Assembly (NCBI GenBank): GCA_036398925.1
Contig: DASWOB010000096.1
Span: forward strand, 67,285 to 131,284
DNA: 64,000 nt
DNA from: Thermoanaerobaculia bacterium
GTDB taxonomy: Bacteria > Acidobacteriota > Thermoanaerobaculia > Gp7-AA8
Direction: 5' to 3'
Shown: piece by piece, positions 35,238 to 45,130 of the stretch
How the letters are laid out: each line of letters opens with the position of its first letter
Numbering within the stretch: the first letter of the stretch is position 1
The notes under the pieces: generated by a model
What the model saw: the letters and a program-made list of their open reading frames with translations, nothing else
Told to the model about the DNA's origin: nothing
Database searches by the model: none
Translations under genes and position numbers: made by a program

Positions 35238-36146
35238 ATGACGCAGATTACGGCAGCGATGGTCAAGGAACTGCGCGAGCAGACCGGCGCCGGCATGATG
35301 GACGCGAAGGCGGCGCTGACCGAGGCTGAAGGCAACATGGAACAGGCCACGGTCATTCTTCGCAAGAAGGGTCTGGCCGCGGCCGGCAAGAAGGCGGGCC
35401 GCGTGACCGCCGAGGGAACCGTCCAGGCGTACGTCGACGGCTCCACGGGCGTCCTCGTCGAAGTGAACTGCGAGACCGACTTCGTCGGCCGCAACGAGAA
35501 CTTCAAGTCGTTCGCCGACGAGGTGGCCAGGGTCATCGCGCAGAGCAACGCCGACTCGGTCGAGGCGCTCCTCGCGGAGAACTGGCCCGGCACGAACGAG
35601 CCGGTCAGCCAGAAGGTGGCCGAGAAGATCGGCTCGATCAAAGAGAACATCACCATCCGCCGCTTCGCCCGCTATCAGTCGGAGAACGGCGTGATCGGTT
35701 ACTACATCCACGGCGGCGGCAAGATCGGCGTCATGGTCGAAGTGACAGGCTCGAACCGCGAGCAGGCGGCCGAAGTGGCCCGCGACGTGGCGATGCACAT
35801 CGCCGCCGCGGAGCCGCGCTTCCTCCGCCGCGAGGACGTGACGGAAAAGGACCTCGCCACCGAGCGCGAGATCGCCCTCGACGCCGCGATCAAGTCAGGC
35901 AAGCCGCAGAACATCGCCGAGAAGATGGTCGCCGGCAAGATGGAAAAGTACTACGGCGAGGCCTGCCTCCTCGAGCAGCCCTACATCCGCGACGACAAGC
36001 AGACGGTCAGCCAGTACGTCGGCAGCCGCGCGAAAGAAGCCGGCTGCGAGTTCGTCGTGACCCGCTTCACCCGCTACAAGCTCGGTGAAGGCATCGAGAA
36101 GAAGAGCGAAGATTTCGCGGCGGAAGTCGCGAGCTACATGAAGTAG
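35238..36146 (+). CDS. tsf: Elongation factor Ts
   Basis: ITAAMVKELREQTGAGMMDAKAAL UBA-like N-terminus. Confidence 0.95.
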   Translation: MTQITAAMVKELREQTGAGMMDAKAALTEAEGNMEQATVILRKKGLAAAGKKAGRVTAEGTVQAYVDGSTGVLVEVNCETDFVGRNENFKSFADEVARVIAQSNADSVEALLAENWPGTNEPVSQKVAEKIGSIKENITIRRFARYQSENGVIGYYIHGGGKIGVMVEVTGSNREQAAEVARDVAMHIAAAEPRFLRREDVTEKDLATEREIALDAAIKSGKPQNIAEKMVAGKMEKYYGEACLLEQPYIRDDKQTVSQYVGSRAKEAGCEFVVTRFTRYKLGEGIEKKSEDFAAEVASYMK

Positions 36147-36164
36147 CTCGCTCGACCGAACGAA

Positions 36165-39100
36165 TCAATGATCAGGGCGGCCCGGTGACGGGCCGCCTTT
36201 TTGCTGGTCGCGTGGGACGATGCGGATGGCGATCGGATCGCGCTTCTTTGCTTTCCGCTCCGCGAGCTCGCGATACGGCGCGCGGAAGGAGTAGCGGGCC
36301 ACATCGTCGATGTGCTCCTGCAGCCTGCCAACCGGCGCCTCGCCCCGTGCGCTGAGGGCCGCCGCCACGCGATCCCATTCGTCGCGCTCGTCGTGATCGG
36401 CATACGTCGGAGCGAGCAGGTGGACGAACTTCTCGACCTTCAGCGATTCGTGCTCTTTCTTCTTCATCTCGTCGAACACTTCGAGCGAGACGTCGGGCGC
36501 GCCGACCACGATCGCGAGCAGCATCAGCACCGCCTCATAGGGCGCGATGCCGTGGCCCGAAAGGTATTGCGGCAGATCGCCGGGCGCGATGGACGCCCGC
36601 ATGAAGCGGTAGGTGTTGACGAATCGCTTGGCCGTGCGCGGTGAGCGGCTGACCAGCTTCGCGATCGGCGCGCTCTGCATGAAGTCGCGCTCGATCTTCT
36701 GAATCTTCAACTCCTGTGGATTGAGGTCACGTTTCGGCTGGCTGCGTTTGCGCACGCGCGGCACGGCTGTCGTTCGTTCCGGAGTGATCGCGTGAGGATC
36801 GGCCGTGCCTCGGAGCGGGATCTTTTCGGAAGCGCCGTCACTCGCCGCTATGGCGACGTCCTTCGCCACGAGATTGCCGATGTAGCCGGCAGTCGTCTCG
36901 ACGCTGAGCGGCTCAAGCCAGAACGGAACCTGAAAGATCTTCTCCAGGTAGTCGTGCGGTTTCGCGGCGAAGCCCATCACGTCGACTGTCTCCTGCGCGC
37001 CGGTGGTGCGCTCCTGCAGCGCGCGATGCTTCTGGCGCAGCGACTCCGCCACCCAGCGCGCATCGACGCCCACCACCACCACGAAGAGCTTGAACGCGAG
37101 CAGGAGATGAACGGCCTGCAGCACCTCCACCACCCGCTCGGGATGGCAGCGATCGAGGTCGTCGATGTAGAGGACGATCCGGTCGATGCGGAATTCGTTC
37201 GGAATGGGCGACTCGCCCTCCTCCGGCTGCATCAACTCGCTGAGCGTCGAAAAGTCGTTGCGCACCGTGGCCAGCACGCCCAGCAGCCGGCGGTAGTCGT
37301 CGCTTTCCGCGCGCTCGCTGATGAAGCGCGCCAGACGGCGGCCGCGGCTCAACTCGATGAGCTCTTCCTGGGCTTCGGCGACCGCCTTGTCCTTTCGTTC
37401 GAGCTCGGTCTCCGCGGCCTCGACGTTTTTCACCGCGTCGCGGAGGCGCTTGTCGGCCTCGTCGATCTGGCTCTGCCGCTCCCGATCGCGCTCCTGCATC
37501 TTGACGTCAATGGCCTCGCGCGCTCTGTCGATCCTGCTGAAGATCGAACTCACGTGCGCGAGGCGGACGCCGATCCACCCGATGATCGAGGCGATGGGCG
37601 TGAGAATCTGGACGAGCAGAGGATTCAGGTCGAGAGCGAGCGTGTTCAGCGCCTTCACCGCGAAGGGCGTGAGCAGCAGGATGACCAGCAGGCCGAAGAT
37701 CGTCATCGGCCGCCGCATGATCCACGAGCGAATGACCGCGGCGCGTCCGGTCACCGACTGCAGCGATTCCATCGTCCTGCGGATCTCATCCTTGGTCGCG
37801 CTCACTCTGCCGACGCCGAGTTTTCCGAAGAGCGTCTGTAGATCCGCGCGCGTCTGGTCGTCGATCTCCACGAGGTCCCAGACGTCGACGGCCCGCAACC
37901 CGCCGAGGCCCACCGCGCTCGTTTCCGCGAGCTTCTGTTTCGCCTCCAGCGCGTTCGCGGCCTGCGTTCTCGCCACCTCCGCCTTCTGCACTTTCTCCTC
38001 GGCCGCCGCCCGATCGGCCATCCGCTCGTCGATCTGCTTCGCCACCTCGGCCCGGCGCCTGGCGATCTTGTCCTTGTCCTCGCCCGCCAGTTTGAGGTTG
38101 CTGAAGACGTTCTCGACGAGGCTGGCCCAGAGGTTCGACTCCACGTAGTGCCAGGCGTTGAACTCGATCTGCACGATGCGACCGTGGTACGGGCTCTTTT
38201 CGCCCGCATCGGCTGCCTGCGCGCGCCGGGCGCGCTCGTTGACCGCTTCGCGCAGCTTGGCCATGAAGAAGCTCTTGCCCGAGCCCCAGTCGCCGAAGAG
38301 GCCCACCGCCAGCGGCGGCGTGATCGCGTCCGAGGCGATCATCGTGGCGAAGGCCTGCACGTGATCGTCGATCTCGAGCCAGTCCTCGCCGGCGCTCTGT
38401 TCCGCGTCGAAACGGGCGAGGAATGCGGCGTCGGGAAGGCCGAGGAAGCGGCGCCATACCGGGATGAGGTCACCCTCGGTGGGCGGCGCGTTCTGCTGCA
38501 GCCAGTGCAGGTACGCCACGGCGAGGGCATCGGCATCGATGCCCGCCAGGTCCAGAAAATCGCTCGACCCGAAGTCCTCGTGGCGCGCAAGGGCGATGAA
38601 GGCGCCAACCAGATGGCGCGCGGAGATCTCATCGACACGGGTGGCGGTCCGGGCGATCTGTCGCGCGCGTTCGAACACCGCAGTGAGAGGCTGCGTAAAG
38701 CTGTCCACCACGATGGTGTCGCGACCGCGATCGTACGTGCCCATCCACTCGTCGACGGCCTTGCGCCAGCGCTCCTCACCACTGGTTTCGAAGACGTACT
38801 TGCGGAGGAACGAGGGCGCAGTCGGATCCGCGCTCTCTCCATCGACGAGCGCGATGGCCACCGCACTGGTGGTCAGCGGAGGCCAGGCGATGTTGCGCTC
38901 GATGATCATCCTTCCGGCAACGGTCAGGATGAATTGAGCGAGTCCGCTGAAGAGGAACCCCGATTTCTCGGCGCGGATGAGCCCCTCGGCCGGCGATGCC
39001 TCGACCAGCTCCGCCAGACGGCGCGCTGCCTCGTCGCCGTCGAGCCGTGACGCCTCCAGATGATTGTCGACGCCTTCGCTGCGGGTGAGGAGGATCGCCG

Positions 39101-39443
39101 CGGCTACGCCGAGCGCATCGAGCGGACGCGACGGCCACCGCTCGTGGTATGCGTAGAGGGCGCCGCCCGTGAGATCGTTCACGGTAAAGTCAGGCTTCCC
39201 ACCTCGCGACAGCTCCGGTGAGGTGCGCAGGCCGAGATGCGACTCGAACGTCTTGATCTGCAGACCGTTCGTTTCCAGCACCGCGCGCACGAGCGGCTCC
39301 ACCCGCAGCGCGGCGTAGAGCAAGGTCGAGCGCGACACTTCCTCTTTCTTCCTGCGCAGCTTGTGAATCTGCGCCGCGTAATCGAGCAGCCGGTCGAGAT
39401 CGTGGCCCGGCGTGAGTTGCAGATTCTGGACGACAGCGCGCAC
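36165..39443 (-). CDS. KAP-family P-loop NTPase with TM insertion in NTPase domain and N-terminal Clp-N-like repeat region (1092 aa)
   Basis: Start GTG 39443 with GGAGG SD 5 nt upstream (ORF-track start 40022 rejected as it overlaps pyrH). Walker A GLFGDWGSGKSFFMAKL, Walker B LYIDDLDRCHPERV, TM helices FGLLVILLLTPFAV / ILTPIASIIGWIGV between them. N-terminal repeats STLLYAALRVEPLVRAVLETNGL and ISARHLVGAFIALA. Confidence 0.85.
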   Translation of the reverse strand: MRAVVQNLQLTPGHDLDRLLDYAAQIHKLRRKKEEVSRSTLLYAALRVEPLVRAVLETNGLQIKTFESHLGLRTSPELSRGGKPDFTVNDLTGGALYAYHERWPSRPLDALGVAAAILLTRSEGVDNHLEASRLDGDEAARRLAELVEASPAEGLIRAEKSGFLFSGLAQFILTVAGRMIIERNIAWPPLTTSAVAIALVDGESADPTAPSFLRKYVFETSGEERWRKAVDEWMGTYDRGRDTIVVDSFTQPLTAVFERARQIARTATRVDEISARHLVGAFIALARHEDFGSSDFLDLAGIDADALAVAYLHWLQQNAPPTEGDLIPVWRRFLGLPDAAFLARFDAEQSAGEDWLEIDDHVQAFATMIASDAITPPLAVGLFGDWGSGKSFFMAKLREAVNERARRAQAADAGEKSPYHGRIVQIEFNAWHYVESNLWASLVENVFSNLKLAGEDKDKIARRRAEVAKQIDERMADRAAAEEKVQKAEVARTQAANALEAKQKLAETSAVGLGGLRAVDVWDLVEIDDQTRADLQTLFGKLGVGRVSATKDEIRRTMESLQSVTGRAAVIRSWIMRRPMTIFGLLVILLLTPFAVKALNTLALDLNPLLVQILTPIASIIGWIGVRLAHVSSIFSRIDRAREAIDVKMQERDRERQSQIDEADKRLRDAVKNVEAAETELERKDKAVAEAQEELIELSRGRRLARFISERAESDDYRRLLGVLATVRNDFSTLSELMQPEEGESPIPNEFRIDRIVLYIDDLDRCHPERVVEVLQAVHLLLAFKLFVVVVGVDARWVAESLRQKHRALQERTTGAQETVDVMGFAAKPHDYLEKIFQVPFWLEPLSVETTAGYIGNLVAKDVAIAASDGASEKIPLRGTADPHAITPERTTAVPRVRKRSQPKRDLNPQELKIQKIERDFMQSAPIAKLVSRSPRTAKRFVNTYRFMRASIAPGDLPQYLSGHGIAPYEAVLMLLAIVVGAPDVSLEVFDEMKKKEHESLKVEKFVHLLAPTYADHDERDEWDRVAAALSARGEAPVGRLQEHIDDVARYSFRAPYRELAERKAKKRDPIAIRIVPRDQQKGGPSPGRPDH
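36175..36203 (+). terminator. Intrinsic terminator after tsf (gggcggcccg-gtga-cgggccgcc + TTTTT); overlaps 3' end of the antisense KAP gene
   Basis: Hairpin and T-run read directly. Confidence 0.75.
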
Positions 39444-39519
39444 ATCTGCCTCCGGATGAGTTTCGGTTTTCTGGTGTGGGCCGAGTATAGGGCGGTTCTG
39501 TGTGATAAAAAGCGCGCGC

Positions 39520-40239
39520 ATGCCTGACGCGCCCAAATACAAACGCATTCTTCTGAAGTTGTCCGGTGAAGCCCTGATGGGGGGACGCCGTTCCGGGATC
39601 GACGCGGACGTTCTGGCGACGATCGCGGACGAGATCGTGGAAGTGCAGCAGATGGGCGTGCAGATCGCGATCGTCATCGGCGGCGGCAACATCTTCCGCG
39701 GCGTCACCGGCGCGACCCAGGGCATCGACCGGGTGGCCGGCGACCACATGGGCATGCTGGCCACGGTGATCAACGCCCTGGCGTTGCAGGATGCCCTCGA
39801 GCGCCGCAGCATCCCGACGCGCGTGACGACCGCCATCACCATGGCCGAGGTGGCCGAGCCGTTCCTCCGCCGCCGCGCCGTGCGGCATCTCGAAAAGGGA
39901 CGCGTGGTCATCTGCGCGGCCGGCACCGGCAATCCGTTCTTCACCACCGACTCGGCGGCCGCGCTCCGCGCGGCGGAGCTGAAGTGCGACATCATCTTCA
40001 AGGCCACCAAAGTCGACGGCATCTACACGGCCGATCCGGAGAAGGATCCGAACGCCGAGCGCCTGCCGCGCGTCACGTATCAGCGCGTCCTCGCCGATCG
40101 TCTGCAGGTGATGGACGCCGCCGCGATCGACCTCGCCCGCGGCAGCTCGATTCCGATCTATATTTTCTCGCTGCGTGAGAAGGGCAACATCAAGCGAGCC
40201 CTCCTGGGTGAGGATGTCGGCTCGATCGTTTCTGATTAG
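39520..40239 (+). CDS. pyrH: UMP kinase
   Basis: KYKRILLKLSGEAL, VIGGGNIFRG. Confidence 0.95.
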   Translation: MPDAPKYKRILLKLSGEALMGGRRSGIDADVLATIADEIVEVQQMGVQIAIVIGGGNIFRGVTGATQGIDRVAGDHMGMLATVINALALQDALERRSIPTRVTTAITMAEVAEPFLRRRAVRHLEKGRVVICAAGTGNPFFTTDSAAALRAAELKCDIIFKATKVDGIYTADPEKDPNAERLPRVTYQRVLADRLQVMDAAAIDLARGSSIPIYIFSLREKGNIKRALLGEDVGSIVSD

Positions 40240-40243
40240 CGAA

Positions 40244-40335
40244 AACGAACGATGAACGATGAAGGATGAACGATGAACAAGAGCGCTGGCGTCCGCGAAG
40301 CGTGTTCATCGTTCATCCTTCATCGTTCATCGTTT
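40244..40335. repeat. Hairpin element, CGATGAR family (copy 3, perfect 31-nt arms)
   Basis: aacgaacgatgaacgatgaaggatgaacgatgaa - loop agagcgctggcgtccgcgaagcgtg - ttcatcgttcatccttcatcgttcatcgttt; between pyrH and frr. Confidence 0.9.
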
Positions 40336-40348
40336 CCGAGGTGATTTC

Positions 40349-40906
40349 ATGATTCAGGACGTGATCAAAGACGTGCAGCACCGGATGCATGGCGCGGTGG
40401 AGGCGCTGCATCGCGAGTTCAAGACGCTGCGCACCGGGCGCGCGAATGCGGCCATGCTCGACAGCGTGATCGTCGATTACTACGGCACGCCGACGCCGAT
40501 CGCGCAGGCGGCCAGCATCAAGGTTCCGGAGCCGGCCCTGCTGGTGGTCGAGCCGTGGGACAAGCAGATGGTTGCGCCGATAGAGAAGGCCATCCGCAAC
40601 GCCGATCTCGGGATGAACCCCGCCTCCGACGGCAAGGTCATTCGCGTGCCGATTCCGCAGCTGACCGAGGAGCGGCGCAAGGACCTCGTCAAGAAAGCGC
40701 ATCACATGACGGAAGAGTCGCGCACCGCCATCCGCCAGGTGCGCCGCGACGGCAACGACAAGCTGAAGAAGATGCTCAAGGACAAAGAGATTTCGGAAGA
40801 CGACGAGAAGCGCGGCCTCGAAGAGATCCAGAAGCTGACCGACCGGCACATCGACGAGGTGGCCTCGGTGCTCAAGCAGAAAGAACAGGACATCATGGTC
40901 GTCTGA
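40349..40906 (+). CDS. frr: Ribosome recycling factor
   Basis: 185 aa; conserved RRF core. Confidence 0.95.
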   Translation: MIQDVIKDVQHRMHGAVEALHREFKTLRTGRANAAMLDSVIVDYYGTPTPIAQAASIKVPEPALLVVEPWDKQMVAPIEKAIRNADLGMNPASDGKVIRVPIPQLTEERRKDLVKKAHHMTEESRTAIRQVRRDGNDKLKKMLKDKEISEDDEKRGLEEIQKLTDRHIDEVASVLKQKEQDIMVV

Positions 40907-40919
40907 CGACGGCCGGCTC

Positions 40920-41597
40920 ATGACCATTTGCGTGATCGTTCCCGCCGCCGGCATCGGCTCGCGCTTCGGCGGCGAGCTGCCGAAGCAGTTCCAGTCGCTG
41001 GCCGGCAAGCCCATTCTTCTCCATGTCATCGAGCGCTTCCTGCTCGATGAGAACGTCGCGCGCGTGGTCGTGCCGGTGGCCGAGCAACTGCTGCCCGCCG
41101 TGCGCCAGACCGCGAGCGATCGCGTCACGTTCGTGGCCGGCGGCGCCTCGCGCCAGCAGTCGGTCATGCGCGGTCTCGAGCAGATCGGCGACGCCGACGT
41201 CATCGCGGTGCACGACGCCGTGCGGCCGTTCTTCACTCCTCAAACCTTCCACGAGGTCGCCGCGGCCGCGCGGGAGTTCGGCGCATCGCTGCCGGTGCTG
41301 CCGGTCAACGACACGATTCACGTCGTGGACGGCGACGAGGTGAAGCAGACGCTCGACCGTTCCATCCTCGCCGCGGCGCAAACGCCGCAGTGCTTCCGCA
41401 CCGACATCCTTACCGACATCCTCAATCGTGCGGCCGAGGAGGGGATGGAAGGGACGGACGAAGCGGGGCTCGCCGCGCGCTACGGCTACACCGTCAAGAT
41501 CGTCAAAGGCGATCCGATGAACTTCAAGATCACCCGCCCGGAGGACCTCGCGGTGGCCGAGGCGCTGGTGCTGCGCTGGAGCCAGGAGCAGGCGTGA
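40920..41597 (+). CDS. ispD: 2-C-methyl-D-erythritol 4-phosphate cytidylyltransferase
   Basis: IVPAAGIGSRFG motif. Confidence 0.9.
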   Translation: MTICVIVPAAGIGSRFGGELPKQFQSLAGKPILLHVIERFLLDENVARVVVPVAEQLLPAVRQTASDRVTFVAGGASRQQSVMRGLEQIGDADVIAVHDAVRPFFTPQTFHEVAAAAREFGASLPVLPVNDTIHVVDGDEVKQTLDRSILAAAQTPQCFRTDILTDILNRAAEEGMEGTDEAGLAARYGYTVKIVKGDPMNFKITRPEDLAVAEALVLRWSQEQA

Positions 41598-42073
41598 TCC
41601 GCGTCGGTCAGGGCATCGACGTGCACCCGTTCCATCCTGATCGCCCGCTCATCCTCGGCGGAGTGCGCATCAGCGAAGCGGGCGGTCTCGATGGCCACTC
41701 CGACGCCGACGCGGTCCTGCACGCGATTACCGACGCGCTCCTCGGCTGCGCCGGCGCGGGCGACATCGGGCAGTATTTCCCGTCGAGCGATGAGCGCTGG
41801 CGCGGTGCCGATTCGTCGGTCTTCATCCGCGAAGCGAAGCGGATGCTCGACGAGCTGAGCGCCGAGATCTCGAACGTCGACGTGACGATCATCGCCCAGC
41901 AGCCGAAGCTCTCGCCGTATCGCGAGGCGATGCGGGATTCGATCGCGCGGCTGCTCGATCTGCCGCAGGGGCATGTCAACGTGAAGGCGACGACCACCGA
42001 TCACCTCGGATTTCTCGGGCGCGGCGAAGGACTTTGCGCGATGGCCATCGTGGCCGTGGAGATCGCGCGATGA
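41594..42073 (+). CDS. ispF: 2-C-methyl-D-erythritol 2,4-cyclodiphosphate synthase (GTG start overlapping ispD stop)
   Basis: IRVGQGIDVHPF, HSDADAVLHAITDALLGA. Confidence 0.9.
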   Translation: MIRVGQGIDVHPFHPDRPLILGGVRISEAGGLDGHSDADAVLHAITDALLGCAGAGDIGQYFPSSDERWRGADSSVFIREAKRMLDELSAEISNVDVTIIAQQPKLSPYREAMRDSIARLLDLPQGHVNVKATTTDHLGFLGRGEGLCAMAIVAVEIAR

Positions 42074-43449
42074 GCGTGCGCGTTCGCTTCGCTCCATCGC
42101 CCACTGGTCATCTGCACGTCGGCGGTGCGCGTACCGCGATCTTCAACTGGCTCTATGCGAAGCGGCACGGCGGGACGTTCATCGTGCGGGTCGAAGACAC
42201 CGACCAGGCGCGATCGACGCGCGAGTCGGAAGCGATGGTGCTGGACGACCTGCGCTGGCTGGCTCTCCAGTGGGATGAAGGTCCGGACGTCGGCGGACCG
42301 CATGCGCCGTACCGTCAGTCGGAGCGGGTGGAGACCCACGGCGGCGTGGCGCGCGAGCTGATGGAGCGCGGCGTGGCGTACCGCTGCTACTGCACCGAAG
42401 AAGAGCTCGAGGCGAAGCGAAAACAGGCGGAGGCGGATGGGCGGCCGCCGCATTACGACCTCACCTGCTGGCACAACCGCCGTGTCGAAGAAGGGAAGCC
42501 ATTTGCGGTGCGCTTCCACGTGCCGGAGGACGGCGACGTCACCATCGACGACGCCATTCGCGGCGAGGTCACGTGGCGGAAGGAGTCGCTCGGCGATTTC
42601 ATTCTCGTTCGCTCGGATGGGCTGCCGACGTACAACTTCTCGGTCGTGGTCGACGATCACGACATGCAGATCACGCACGTCATCCGCGCCGAGGAGCACC
42701 TGACGAACACACATCGCCAGGTGCTGATCTACCGGGCCATGGAGTGGCCGGTCCCGCAGTTCGCGCACGTCTCGCTGATCCTTGGGCCCGACCGCACCAA
42801 GCTCTCCAAGCGGCACGGTGCAACGTCCGTCTCGCAGTACGCGGAAGAGGGCTATCTCCCCGAGGCGATGGTCAATTACCTGACGCTGCTCGGCTGGTCG
42901 TCGCCGGATGGCTTCGAAGTGTTCGGCCGCGCGCACGCCATCGAAAAGTTCGCGCTCGACCGGGTGAACGCCGCGCCGGCGGTCTTCGATCAGCAGAAGC
43001 TCGACTGGGTGAACGGGCAGCATCTGCACGCGATGAGCAGCGAGAGTCTCGCGCCGCTGGTGCGGCCGTGGCTCGACGTGCCGTGGCTCGAGGAAGGCAT
43101 CGAGGTCGTGAAGACGAGCGTGCAGCGGCTGACGCAGTTCGTCGAGGCGCTTCAGTTTGTGACAGATTACGTCCAACCCGAAATCGATCGAGCAGTACCT
43201 GTTGCGGCAGCAGAGGATTTCCGAGCCCACGGCACACCGACCGACGAAACCTCGTATAAAGCGATGGTGGAGCGAGTGAAGACCGCCACCGGCTTGAAGG
43301 GCAAGAACCTGTTCATGCCGCTGCGTCAGGCCATCACCGGGCTCGATCATGGACCGGAGCTGGTGCGCGCGATTCCGCTGCTACAACGCGCGAGTGAACT
43401 CGACCCGAACGTGCGTTCGCCGCTCGATCGGCTCGAGATGTTCGGATGA
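42070..43449 (+). CDS. gltX: Glutamate--tRNA ligase
   Basis: HIGH-type RFAPSPTGHLHVGGARTA, KMSKS-type KLSKRHG; start MSVRV, ATGA overlap. Confidence 0.93.
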   Translation: MSVRVRFAPSPTGHLHVGGARTAIFNWLYAKRHGGTFIVRVEDTDQARSTRESEAMVLDDLRWLALQWDEGPDVGGPHAPYRQSERVETHGGVARELMERGVAYRCYCTEEELEAKRKQAEADGRPPHYDLTCWHNRRVEEGKPFAVRFHVPEDGDVTIDDAIRGEVTWRKESLGDFILVRSDGLPTYNFSVVVDDHDMQITHVIRAEEHLTNTHRQVLIYRAMEWPVPQFAHVSLILGPDRTKLSKRHGATSVSQYAEEGYLPEAMVNYLTLLGWSSPDGFEVFGRAHAIEKFALDRVNAAPAVFDQQKLDWVNGQHLHAMSSESLAPLVRPWLDVPWLEEGIEVVKTSVQRLTQFVEALQFVTDYVQPEIDRAVPVAAAEDFRAHGTPTDETSYKAMVERVKTATGLKGKNLFMPLRQAITGLDHGPELVRAIPLLQRASELDPNVRSPLDRLEMFG

Positions 43450-44420
43450 TCTACCCGCTGCTCCGCGCGCTGCTGTTCCGTCTCGACGCGGAGGCGGCGC
43501 ACGAACTGACCGCGGAGCAGATCGAGCGCCTCCAGCAGATTCCGCTGCTGCTGCGCGCGCTCGAACGATACTGCCGTCCACCGGCCGGCGCCGCGCGTGA
43601 GCTCCTCGGCATGCGCTTCCCCTCGCCGATCGGCATCGCCGCCGGCTTCGACAAGAACGCGCGGATGATGCCCTTCCTCGCCGCGCTCGGCTTCGGCTTC
43701 ATCGAGGTAGGGACGGTCACGCTGAAGCCGCAGGCGGGCAATCCGAAACCGCGCCTCTTCCGCTATCCGCAGGCGCGCGCGGTGATCAATCGCATGGGCT
43801 TCAACAACGACGGCGCGGATGCAGTCGCGGAGCGGTTGCAGGCGTGGGAGAGGAATCTGCCGTTGCTGGTGAACGTCGGCAAGAACCGCGACGTCCCGCT
43901 CGAAGGAGCGGTCGAGGCGTACGTCGAGTGCTACCGCCGCCTGGCGCCGCATGCCGACGCGGCGGTGCTCAATCTTTCTTCGCCGAACACCCCCGGCCTG
44001 CGCGATCTGCAGCGGCCGGAGCATCTCGAGGCGCTGCTGAACGCGGTGCGCTCGGTCCGCAGCGGTCCGGTGTTCATCAAGATCGCGCCCGACCTCGACG
44101 GCGCGCAGATCGCGGAGATCAGCGACGTCTGCGTGAAGCTCGCGGACGGCATGGTCTGCACGAACACGACCCTCGACCGGCTGCCGGGGATGAACGAAGC
44201 GGGGGGGCTGTCGGGCAAGCCGCTGCTGGAGAAATCGACGTCCGTTCTGGCAGAGGTGCGGAAACGCGTCGGCCCCGACTATCCGCTGATTGGCGTGGGC
44301 GGGATCTTCACCCCGGACGATGTGCGCACGAAGATTGCGGCAGGAGCCGATCTGGTGCAGATCTATACGTCGTTCATCTACGAAGGACCGATGATTGCGC
44401 GGAGGTTGTCGCGAGCATGA
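43446..44420 (+). CDS. pyrD: Dihydroorotate dehydrogenase (quinone), class 2
   Basis: N-terminal membrane-association helices then GFDKN..., VNVGKN, IGVGGI motifs. Confidence 0.9.
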   Translation: MIYPLLRALLFRLDAEAAHELTAEQIERLQQIPLLLRALERYCRPPAGAARELLGMRFPSPIGIAAGFDKNARMMPFLAALGFGFIEVGTVTLKPQAGNPKPRLFRYPQARAVINRMGFNNDGADAVAERLQAWERNLPLLVNVGKNRDVPLEGAVEAYVECYRRLAPHADAAVLNLSSPNTPGLRDLQRPEHLEALLNAVRSVRSGPVFIKIAPDLDGAQIAEISDVCVKLADGMVCTNTTLDRLPGMNEAGGLSGKPLLEKSTSVLAEVRKRVGPDYPLIGVGGIFTPDDVRTKIAAGADLVQIYTSFIYEGPMIARRLSRA

Positions 44421-45130
44421 TCGTTTACGGAGCGAACCCTGTCATTGAAGCAATCCGGTCGCATCCGGACAAGATCCGCTACATCGGCATCACTCGCGAC
44501 GGCAGCACGCGCCTGTCGCGCCTGGTGAACGAGGCGAAGAACGCCGGCGTGGCAGTACGGCAGATGACCGCCACGGAAATCGACAAGCTCACCGGGCGCG
44601 GCGTGCACAACGGCGTGATCGCCGAGGTGGCGGACGCCACGTACGCCGACTTCGACGACATGATTGCGCGGGAGTCGACGCAGTTCGTGCTCATCCTCGA
44701 CGGGGTCACCGATCCGCAGAACCTCGGCGCGATCCTGCGCGTGGCCGATGCGTTCGCTGTCGACCTGGTGGTGCTGCCGCAGCATGAAAGCGTCGGCCTT
44801 ACCGCCGTTGCCGTCAAAGCCTCGGCCGGCGCATCCGAATGGGTGCCGGTCACCCAGGTGACGAACCTCGCCCGCGCTATCGAGACGCTGAAGGAGGCGG
44901 GCTACTGGACGTACGCCGCGGCCGGCGATGGCGACGCGCCGCTGAAGGTCGACTTCCGCGGCAAGGTCGCGCTGGTGCTCGGCAACGAAGGGAAGGGGAT
45001 CCGCCGCAACGTGCTCGAGCATTGCGATCGGGTCATCACCATCCCGATGTTCGGCCACGTCGAATCGCTGAACGTCGCCACCGCTGCGGCGATTCTCTGC
45101 TACGAAGTGGCGCGGCAGACCCGGCCATGA
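44417..45130 (+). CDS. rlmB: SpoU/TrmH-family RNA 2'-O-methyltransferase (RlmB-like)
   Basis: LDGVTDPQNLGAILRVADAF, LVLGNEGKGIR, SLNVATAAAI motifs. Confidence 0.85.
   Translation: MIVYGANPVIEAIRSHPDKIRYIGITRDGSTRLSRLVNEAKNAGVAVRQMTATEIDKLTGRGVHNGVIAEVADATYADFDDMIARESTQFVLILDGVTDPQNLGAILRVADAFAVDLVVLPQHESVGLTAVAVKASAGASEWVPVTQVTNLARAIETLKEAGYWTYAAAGDGDAPLKVDFRGKVALVLGNEGKGIRRNVLEHCDRVITIPMFGHVESLNVATAAAILCYEVARQTRP

Noticed and set aside
36165-40022. ORF-track start of the KAP gene at 40022 (1285 aa)
   Set aside because: The extra 193 N-terminal codons overlap pyrH on the opposite strand. The GTG at 39443 has a GGAGG SD and begins the conserved Clp-N-like region.
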